Assembly (NCBI GenBank): GCA_050246755.1
Contig: JBFWVL010000002.1
Location: 272,544-336,543 of the forward strand
DNA: 64,000 nucleotides
From: Bacteriovoracia bacterium
GTDB taxonomy: Bacteria > Bdellovibrionota > UBA1018 > CAIPTA01
Reading direction: 5' to 3'
Shown: piece after piece, positions 47,282 to 54,583 of the stretch
Position numbering within the stretch: position 1 is the first letter of the stretch
Layout of the letters: the number at the start of each line of letters is the position of its first letter
Program-made: the position numbers and the translations under genes
Notes under the pieces: model-generated
The model's database searches: none
What the model saw: the letters and a program-made list of their open reading frames with translations, nothing else
Told to the model about the DNA's origin: nothing

Positions 47282-48124
47282 GTGATTTATCGTCTGTTAT
47301 TACTCGCCGCTTTCGCCATCTCTCCCGCTCTAGCGGCGGACCCACTTTGCGCAAAAGATTTTAGCGCGATCATCAACAATACCAGCGAAGAGTTTTTGGC
47401 CAGAAGAATGGAACGTATTGTTCTAGAAGAAATTCCCGACAGCTACAAAATGGTGGAACGCCTTAGCCCGGAACGAATTGAGCTATGGAATAAAACGCTG
47501 CTAAAAGAATTGAGAGATCTTCCGATGACCGGCGAAGAGCGCGGGCGCAGCAGTGGCCTTTCGCTTCCCGAAATTCATGCCTTATACAAGCGCGTGGCCA
47601 CCAACCGGGTTGCCGACTACTCAAAGCCCGTTATGGATAAATACGATCCGGATGGAAAAATCGGATTTTGTTTTGGCCGTGCTTCCGCCGCCCACTGGAT
47701 CGCCCTGCAAACCACCGACATCGCCAAAGAAAATATTAAAAAAATATGGGCCATCGGCACCATGAAGTACAACCAGGTATACTGGGCCCATCACGTGGCT
47801 TCGATCGTGAGAGATAAAAATGGGGTCTGGCATTCGCTAGATCCGGAATATGGGCGTCCGCTTCGCTTGCCCGTCTGGTACCAGAAGGTGAAGGCCATGG
47901 ATGCCGATGGTCGGCTGCAATTATTTGTGACTCCGGCGAAACGCTTCGGGCCAGGCAGCAAAAATACTTATAATACCGTGAATAGGGATAATACCGACGT
48001 GGACCTCACGATCCCATTTTACAATAACTACTTCACCGATCTGCTGCAGACTACGCGGGAAGAAGCCGCCGAAATACGAAGAATGCGAGAGGCGTCTGGT
48101 GTTGCGCGTAAAATGAATCCTTAG
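47282..48124 (+). CDS. Secreted protein with transglutaminase-like Cys-His-Asp core
   Basis: GTG start and signal peptide LLLLAAFAISPALA. C130 (GFCFGRASAAHWIAL), H170/H171 (YWAHHVASIV) and D187 (WHSLDPEY) have spacing typical of Transglut_core. No clear SD. Confidence 0.65.
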   Translation: MIYRLLLLAAFAISPALAADPLCAKDFSAIINNTSEEFLARRMERIVLEEIPDSYKMVERLSPERIELWNKTLLKELRDLPMTGEERGRSSGLSLPEIHALYKRVATNRVADYSKPVMDKYDPDGKIGFCFGRASAAHWIALQTTDIAKENIKKIWAIGTMKYNQVYWAHHVASIVRDKNGVWHSLDPEYGRPLRLPVWYQKVKAMDADGRLQLFVTPAKRFGPGSKNTYNTVNRDNTDVDLTIPFYNNYFTDLLQTTREEAAEIRRMREASGVARKMNP

Positions 48125-48127
48125 GTT

Positions 48128-48156
48128 CTTGACAGAAAGTAAACTCGTCCCATCTT
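48128..48156 (+). promoter_or_regulatory. Candidate sigma-32 (heat-shock) promoter of hsp20
   Basis: CTTGACA-N14-CCCATCTT compares well with the E. coli-type consensus CTTGAAA-N13-17-CCCCATnT. It lies ~80 nt upstream of the hsp20 ATG. Confidence 0.5.
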
Positions 48157-48237
48157 TAAATCTGTAAGACGGCCGTCTTGTGAAACGAAAACCTGCCCGA
48201 ATTGGGCAATTTTATCATTCCGCAGGAGGAATTTATC

Positions 48238-48645
48238 ATGCGTAGAACTTCCGTATTTTTTCCTAATTTTACCTTGGGCCTGGAACCTTTTGAGAGGGAG
48301 AGCGTGCGCACCCCGCCCAGTCTGGTGCAAGAAAACGCCGAAGGATATTATTTGCAGGTAGACGTGCCAGGAATCGCGCGCGAGGACATATCCATTTCTT
48401 TGGAGCAGGATCATTTGATTCTAGAGGGAAAGAGAAAAGGCCAGCTCTCCCAGAAGATCCGCAAGGCATTTTTGCTGCCTAACGACGTGGACGCCGAAAA
48501 AATTGAAGCCGAAGTGGCAAATGGCGTCCTAGAGCTCTTGCTTCCCAAAAAAGCCCAGGCAAAGCCGAAAACTATTTCGGTAAGCGAAGGAAAGGGGGGC
48601 ATTTTCCACAAGCTACTGAAAAAAGAAGAAAAGGAAAGTGCCTAA
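48238..48645 (+). CDS. Small heat-shock protein (Hsp20/alpha-crystallin family)
   Basis: An AGGAGGA SD precedes the ATG at 48238. Alpha-crystallin motifs are YYLQVDVPGI and the C-terminal ANGVLELLLPK. Confidence 0.9.
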   Translation: MRRTSVFFPNFTLGLEPFERESVRTPPSLVQENAEGYYLQVDVPGIAREDISISLEQDHLILEGKRKGQLSQKIRKAFLLPNDVDAEKIEAEVANGVLELLLPKKAQAKPKTISVSEGKGGIFHKLLKKEEKESA

Positions 48646-48659
48646 GAATTAGTAGCGAA

Positions 48660-48691
48660 AGCTAGGCGGCCCTGCCGCTTAGCTTTTTTTA
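48660..48691 (+). terminator. Rho-independent terminator after hsp20 (overlaps the 3' end of the convergent GT gene)
   Basis: AGCTAGGCGG-CCCTG-CCGCTTAGCT (10 bp, one G-U pair) followed by T7. Confidence 0.6.
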
Positions 48692-49899
48692 TTTTTGGCT
48701 TCGATCCAGCGGGAAAAATACTTCGTGGCATTATTTTGGGCGTGCCGGAGCAGGGCGCCGGTAATGCCCACGCGGCCATTTTGCCGAATCGCGGAAGCCC
48801 TTGCTTCGATAAAAGCCAAGAATTTTTCTCTCAATATATTTTCCGCGAAATCGCGGCGGAGAACGGAAAATCCGTTTCGCTGAAAATCGCTCCATGCCTC
48901 GCCAAGCCCCGCCGCTTGGATAAAGCCGTCGGCGTCTTGAAAGGATACTCCCGCCTTATCCTCAGGCTTGCACATTCCTTCGAACGCGAGGGGAGTGCCG
49001 ATCACCGGGGTTCCCGTGCCCCATGCTTCCAAAATTTTTCCCTTAATGCCGGCGCCAAACCGTAGGGGCGCTACCAGGGCTTCGTGTTTTTTCAAGGCGG
49101 CCCGGTGATCCGCTACCGGGCCATGGGCATGAATGCCATTTTTTCCCGCATGAAAAGAAATATGGGCGGGCGGATAAGCGCCGTACAAATGAAGCTCGGC
49201 GGTCTTATTCAAAGCGCGCCATCGCGGCCAAATTTCGGCGATGAACCATAAGATCCCATCCAGGTTGGGCGCGTGGCGAAAATTTCCGAGAAATGCGAAC
49301 CCTTGCCGGCCTTCTCTAGGGAATGGTGATTCATCCGGGCGCCCCATGAGCGGTAAGTGGAGCAGGTTCTCGGCCGGGAACTGAAAGCGTGCCCTCAGGA
49401 AATCGGCCTCCCAGGAGGAAACCACGATCGCCCCGTCGGCGCGATGAAGAGAGGAAAGCTCACGGACCATGTCGTCGCTGAGCCCTAGATTCGGCAGGCG
49501 CAAAATCTCCTCGGGGCTCGCATTTTTTTTCAGGAGAGCCTCGCGCGCGCGGCGCACGGAATGCAAGTCTTGCGTATCGACCAGCACCAAGGCATTCGGC
49601 CAAAATTCCCGGGCCTTCCAGCCGAATTGCTCTTCCATCACGAAGCGATCGAAGAGAACCAAAGCGGGAGCGAGTGCGCGAAGAAATTCATCTTGGCTCG
49701 CCTCATTCGCGGCGCAGGTGGACACCGCGATGCCCATCTTTTCGAGCTCCTCACTATACTGACTCGGCTTCGACGAGCTCACGGCGGTGATCTTCCATCC
49801 ATCGCTCAATAGCCAGCGCAGGAGATCGTGGGTTCTCACTCCCGCCGCGCTGGAGCGTGCTTCCGGCCAGACGTAGACGAAGAAAACGGCGCTTTTCAT
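48679..49899 (-). CDS. GT-B fold glycosyltransferase (group 1 / GT4-like)
   Basis: FLGNFRHAPNLDGILWF and LRFGAGIKGKILEAWGTGTPVIGT resemble Glycos_transf_1 blocks. The ATG at 49899 forms an ATGA overlap with the sugE stop. Confidence 0.8.
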   Translation of the reverse strand: MKSAVFFVYVWPEARSSAAGVRTHDLLRWLLSDGWKITAVSSSKPSQYSEELEKMGIAVSTCAANEASQDEFLRALAPALVLFDRFVMEEQFGWKAREFWPNALVLVDTQDLHSVRRAREALLKKNASPEEILRLPNLGLSDDMVRELSSLHRADGAIVVSSWEADFLRARFQFPAENLLHLPLMGRPDESPFPREGRQGFAFLGNFRHAPNLDGILWFIAEIWPRWRALNKTAELHLYGAYPPAHISFHAGKNGIHAHGPVADHRAALKKHEALVAPLRFGAGIKGKILEAWGTGTPVIGTPLAFEGMCKPEDKAGVSFQDADGFIQAAGLGEAWSDFQRNGFSVLRRDFAENILREKFLAFIEARASAIRQNGRVGITGALLRHAQNNATKYFSRWIEAKNKKS

Positions 49900-50219
49900 C
49901 CGTGGCCGAGCTTCAGGCCGAGGGTGCCAAGAAGAATTAGGGCAATGCAAAGAAGGCGAAACCAGTTGCTTGGCTCACCGGCAAAGAAAATCCCGAAAAG
50001 CACGGTGCCCGCGGCGCCAATTCCGGTCCATATGGCGTAAGAAGTACCGATTGGCAGAACTCGCACGGCCTCGCTCAGGAGATAAAAGCTGACTACTAGG
50101 GGAACTAAAGTAATGATCGTGGGAACTAGCTTCGTGAACCCGGCGGTTCGCGGAAGTAAAACGGCCCACATAACTTCGAGGAGGCCGGCTAGTAAAAGGC
50201 ATACCCAGGGTCGCGTCAT
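49896..50219 (-). CDS. sugE: SMR-family small multidrug/guanidinium exporter (SugE/Gdx-like)
   Basis: 107 aa with 4 TM helices, a conserved membrane Glu in LLEVMWAV, and the YAIWTGIGA motif. Confidence 0.9.
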   Translation of the reverse strand: MTRPWVCLLLAGLLEVMWAVLLPRTAGFTKLVPTIITLVPLVVSFYLLSEAVRVLPIGTSYAIWTGIGAAGTVLFGIFFAGEPSNWFRLLCIALILLGTLGLKLGHG

Positions 50220-50239
50220 TCCCGGAAATTAGCACAGAA

Positions 50240-53200
50240 CTAAGGCTTTTTCAGGGCCTCTTGCACCATGTCGGACACTTTCTTCATGCGTTCCGAAAAA
50301 TCCGGAATCTGTTCACCGGCCAAGCGAGGCCGGATGATTTGATCCCGTAAATAAGCTTCCGCAGACTTTCCGGCGGGCTTTTCCCGCACTTCGTTCCAGG
50401 TATAGGTTTTATAGCCGGCAAATACCCGGCCCGCGAAGCGCACGAGCATATTACTGGATTTGGCGTCGATGCTTTGCTGGATTTTTCCCTGCACGATGAG
50501 ATCGCCGAATTCTGGAGACTCGATGAGACTATTCATCACTTTGCCTTCGAGCATCGTCATGGCGGCGGTCACCTTCGGATCAGACATGCCTTTGCCTTCG
50601 AGGAGCATCGGCTTCAGCATCTTTTCGGTAATAATGGGGCGGAGCTCGGCCAGAATTTGCGGCGTAATGGCTTTTTCCACGGTTGCCTTATCCATTAGCT
50701 TTTTCTCGAGATCGGGAGGCATGCGGTCCTCGGCGGGAAGCGCAGCTAGGCTTTCCGCTATTCGTGCACGCACCATGGATTTCAGCAGGCGATCAATCAT
50801 TCCGCGATCGATGAGGAGCTTCAGCAGTTTTTCCCGCGCGGCCACCGGACCCGCCGACTCTAAATCTTTTACCAGCTGCTTGATCACCACTTCGTAGTCG
50901 GCACCGGCTTGGTCCACGTCGTAATTGATAAATTCACCGATCATTTTGGCGAAGTCTTCGAGAAAGCTGGCGGGATCCAGGGCCACGATGGCGCTTTCGA
51001 TTGGTGTGGGAGGCAGGAGATCGCCGAGGCAGGGGATCGCCACGGCGAGATCGTGGTTAAGCTGGGCTTCGGAGCCTTGCTTTTGGCCCTGCATTTCGCT
51101 CACGAACTCGCTCTGCATCAGGCTAACTAGCTCTTCTTCTAGTTTTTTCGAACACTGATCGATGCTAGCAAGGAATTTTCCGTCGAGCGGGGCCAGGTAT
51201 TCGGCGTCCACGCATTTTACGAATTCTTTTTCGGCGCTCTCGGCCGCGGGCAGACTCGCCAGATAACGTTTCTTGCCCAGCACATCGGCTAGCGACTGGC
51301 GCATTTTCACGCCCGCCAGGAACTTGGCAAGCGAACGCGCATAGTTCTTAGCGCAAGTATCGGAAATTTTCCCTACTTGGCCCATGCATTCCCGGAATTT
51401 CTCCTCGATGGCATCGAGCTCTTTAGGAAGCTTGCCGGTATTCAATATTTTCTTCGCTCTTTCTCGCCCAGCTTCGAGGGCAATCAGTTGCGTGGCTTCT
51501 CTCTGCAGGGTGTTCACGCAGCGGTCCATGCCTGAAGTATCTTCTGCGGGAATTTCGGATACGCACACGACGAAGGGATCCATTAAGTTTTTTTCTAAAC
51601 TATCTTGTTTGCTGAGCTCTGCCGGAGTGGAAGAGGGCAGGTTTGTGCGCAGCGCTTCTTTCAGCTGCGCCTGGGCTACCCGTTGGGTGTAGATGGTCGT
51701 CAATCGAATGCGGCATGTGTCTACCTGACTGAGATAATCGCGCAGGGAAAACTGGCTAGAATCTTTTTCGCTCAGGCAAGCGCCGAAATCGGCTACCATT
51801 TCATCGGCCGCCTGCGCCCATTTTGTCCGCTCTTCGGGAGCGTAAGACCCCACGCTGCGGATAAACTCCATCCTTCCCAGGCGCCCGCTCAGCGCTTTGA
51901 TGGTTCCTTTGAAACAGGTGTCCACCAAGGTATCGGCAAGCTTGGAATCTTTGGGGGTAGGGCTAACGGCTAGGCACTTTCGGTGAGTCTTCAAGATAGA
52001 ATCCAGGAGCTCTTGGCGCTCCTCGGCTTGGAGATTATAGGCGCCGGCGCCGCCGTGGTTTTCTACGAAACGGTCGAATTCATTTGGGATCAAAGCCTCC
52101 GCGGCGGCTTTTCCCGCATCCAGGCGCAGCGCAATGGAGCAGGTATCGAGCACGGACTTTACGGGAGCAGCGCCGAGGCATTTTGCAAAATCGCCCTTGA
52201 TGATCTTGGCCACGAGATCGTCGATCACCTTAGGGTTGGAGCGGCCAAAAAGAATATCGCGGAACTGAAATTCCGCCACTTTGAGCCCGGCGTCGCGAGT
52301 AAGGCGTCCCGTACATCCCGCCACGCGCTCGTTGGTATCGTTAGCTTCCATCATGTTGGTGGGAAGCCGGCTTTCCATACAAGAACGCAGCTGGGCAAGG
52401 AGAGTGTCCTTAAATTTCGGTTCTTTCGCAATGAGCGCCGCGGGAAGCTCCTTAGACAGCTGAGGATCGGCAATCGTGCTAACTAGCTGCTGCACAGTTT
52501 TCCTCAGGCAGGCATTGTTCACGGATTCACCGGCGGAGCTATTCCAGCAAGTATCGAGCAACTTATAGATTTTTGCCCCGAGCAGGTTTTTTTCTTCCCC
52601 GGTGCCATCCACGTTCGCGGCGATATTATCCTTGAATAGTTCATAAGCTACTACTTTGGCGGCGTCGTAGCGCACGAGGTTGGCGCAATTGGAAGTATCC
52701 AGGGTGCCGGCCGCGTTTCGCTTGCCGGTGACCCGGTTATTTTCCATGCAAGTAGCGAAATTCGATTTCGTGCGGGCGACCAGGGCCTCAAGATTTTTTC
52801 CAGAAATTTGCTTTACCACCTGAGGATTTCTACGCACCGCTTCGGCGGCGATCTCGGCTCCGGCGGCAATGGCAAAATAATCGGCGCAGACGCTGAAGTC
52901 GGATTTGGAGCGGGCGGTGGACAAGCATTTCTCGAAAGCGGGCCCAGTGTTTTGGACGATTTTAGCCGCCGCTTCCGGAACTTCGCTTTTAGCGATGGCG
53001 AGAACTTTATCTTTACCGTAGACGGCGATGCTGCTCCTCACGTTGGTGAGAACGCAGCCCATCATGCGTTTATTGGAACCGGGCTTTTCGGGCTGCAAGC
53101 ACTGCACATACCGCACCGGAAAATCTTTGGCTAGATCGGGGCCGAGCTCTTGGCGAATGAGCTCGTAGCCGATGGCTTGGCCCAAGTTGCCGGCGATATC

Positions 53201-53755
53201 GGCCTGAAAAACTTCCAGGCATTTGGTGGCCTCGGAATATGCCTTGGCGGCTTTGATGCAAGCATTGATGGGCGCCAAAACCTTATTTGCCCAGAGGAGA
53301 CGGCGGGCGGGATCCCGTGCGCCTTCTTTTTGCATCACGCGCTCCATTACCGTGCGGATGATTTCATTGGCGGCATACTGCGTGGAGAGAATCAGGGTCG
53401 TGTTCGAAGTTCCGGCGACGAGAAATTTTTTATTCACGTCGTTCGCGATACGCTTGGCGATAAGCTTGCGTTCTTTGGGGTCGGCGAAATACTTTGCCAT
53501 CTCGGGATCTTCGAGCTTGGCTAACGCCTCGGCCTCTACCTTAGCGGGAACATCCACGATGGCGCCGGCGAGCACGCCACCCACGGAGGAAACGAATTCG
53601 GTTAAGCCACGGTTCGTTTCCTTTTTTGGATCATAGCTTTGCGTGGCGATGAGACGAACGGAGGCGAGCTCATCGGCGGCGAGCGCCGGGCAAATAGCCA
53701 GCCACAGCGCTGCGAGCGCGCTCGAGGAAATGGTTATTAGCCGGCTGACTTTCAG
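50240..53755 (-). CDS. Giant secreted Cys-pair repeat protein (about 1171 aa with proposed CTG start)
   Basis: The ORF is open from 53770. The canonical GTG at 53584 would delete an in-frame signal peptide (KVSRLITISSSALAALWLAICPALA/ADE) that follows GGAG-N5-CTG at 53755. Twelve regularly spaced Cys pairs are present. Confidence 0.7.
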   Translation of the reverse strand: MKVSRLITISSSALAALWLAICPALAADELASVRLIATQSYDPKKETNRGLTEFVSSVGGVLAGAIVDVPAKVEAEALAKLEDPEMAKYFADPKERKLIAKRIANDVNKKFLVAGTSNTTLILSTQYAANEIIRTVMERVMQKEGARDPARRLLWANKVLAPINACIKAAKAYSEATKCLEVFQADIAGNLGQAIGYELIRQELGPDLAKDFPVRYVQCLQPEKPGSNKRMMGCVLTNVRSSIAVYGKDKVLAIAKSEVPEAAAKIVQNTGPAFEKCLSTARSKSDFSVCADYFAIAAGAEIAAEAVRRNPQVVKQISGKNLEALVARTKSNFATCMENNRVTGKRNAAGTLDTSNCANLVRYDAAKVVAYELFKDNIAANVDGTGEEKNLLGAKIYKLLDTCWNSSAGESVNNACLRKTVQQLVSTIADPQLSKELPAALIAKEPKFKDTLLAQLRSCMESRLPTNMMEANDTNERVAGCTGRLTRDAGLKVAEFQFRDILFGRSNPKVIDDLVAKIIKGDFAKCLGAAPVKSVLDTCSIALRLDAGKAAAEALIPNEFDRFVENHGGAGAYNLQAEERQELLDSILKTHRKCLAVSPTPKDSKLADTLVDTCFKGTIKALSGRLGRMEFIRSVGSYAPEERTKWAQAADEMVADFGACLSEKDSSQFSLRDYLSQVDTCRIRLTTIYTQRVAQAQLKEALRTNLPSSTPAELSKQDSLEKNLMDPFVVCVSEIPAEDTSGMDRCVNTLQREATQLIALEAGRERAKKILNTGKLPKELDAIEEKFRECMGQVGKISDTCAKNYARSLAKFLAGVKMRQSLADVLGKKRYLASLPAAESAEKEFVKCVDAEYLAPLDGKFLASIDQCSKKLEEELVSLMQSEFVSEMQGQKQGSEAQLNHDLAVAIPCLGDLLPPTPIESAIVALDPASFLEDFAKMIGEFINYDVDQAGADYEVVIKQLVKDLESAGPVAAREKLLKLLIDRGMIDRLLKSMVRARIAESLAALPAEDRMPPDLEKKLMDKATVEKAITPQILAELRPIITEKMLKPMLLEGKGMSDPKVTAAMTMLEGKVMNSLIESPEFGDLIVQGKIQQSIDAKSSNMLVRFAGRVFAGYKTYTWNEVREKPAGKSAEAYLRDQIIRPRLAGEQIPDFSERMKKVSDMVQEALKKP
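51152..53260 (-). repeat. 12 tandem protein-level modules (period 53-71 aa), each with one Cys pair
   Basis: Cys positions, numbered from the GTG at 53584: 109/122, 162/177, 220/233, 279/300, 346/359, 402/424, 469/482, 537/557, 603/624, 674/689, 733/744, 791/811. Recurrent patterns are F-x-x-C-[LMV] and [DT]-x-C. Confidence 0.65.
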
Positions 53756-53897
53756 GTGAACTCCGATCTTCTATTTGCTCTAAGAAAATCGGAAAAAAAG
53801 GCTATTTTCTGAAGGGAAATTGCCTATTTAGCAGATAAATAAATAACCGGCGGGCGCAAAAAATCAGAGCCGATACCTGCTGGCGGGTAGATGAGAG

Positions 53898-54548
53898 CTA
53901 AAGCTTTTTAATCATGTCGTCGCGGGAGAATCTCACCTTCTTAAAGGTAGAAAATCGATCCTCGGGGTTCCGGTAGCCTAAAGCGCAAGCCACGGTAGCG
54001 GTAAATCCTTTCGCCGGCAACTCGAGGATTTCATCGTATTTCGCCGGCTCGAAGCCTTCCATGGGGCAGGTATCGATGCTCATCACGGCCGCGGAGGTCA
54101 TCAAATTCCCAAGCGCGATATAAACCTGGCGAGCGGCCCACTCTCGCACGTAGCGGCTTCTTTCCCCGTGAACCACGTCGCCCAGAATTCCTTTTTTAAG
54201 GCCAGCTAAGGTATCGAGCGGAACCTGCCGGATCGCCGCCATCTCCGTTAAATAGCGATCCACGTACGCCTCATCGATCCCAACTTTTTGCGCAAAAATC
54301 ACATAGTGGGAGCATTCCGCCACCTGCCGCTGGTTCCAAGAAGCTGCCCGTAATTTTTCGCGGAGCGCGAGATCTTCCACCACAAAAAAACACCAAGGTT
54401 GGAGCCCATAGGAAGAGGCGGTCAAAACCAGCGAGGCCTCGAGGGCCGCAATCGCTTCCGGAGGAACTTTACGCGTGGGATCGAAAGATTTGGCGGAATA
54501 ACGCCATTCCATCGCTTCCACTAACTGTTGGGGAGAAAGGGTGGTCAT
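53898..54548 (-). CDS. Nitroreductase-family NAD(P)H oxidoreductase
   Basis: 216 aa with RYSAKSFD and a SSYGLQPW-type block typical of the NfsB/nitroreductase fold. Confidence 0.85.
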   Translation of the reverse strand: MTTLSPQQLVEAMEWRYSAKSFDPTRKVPPEAIAALEASLVLTASSYGLQPWCFFVVEDLALREKLRAASWNQRQVAECSHYVIFAQKVGIDEAYVDRYLTEMAAIRQVPLDTLAGLKKGILGDVVHGERSRYVREWAARQVYIALGNLMTSAAVMSIDTCPMEGFEPAKYDEILELPAKGFTATVACALGYRNPEDRFSTFKKVRFSRDDMIKKL

Positions 54549-54583
54549 GCACCAAGACTACAAAATATCGGCCGGGCCGGCAA

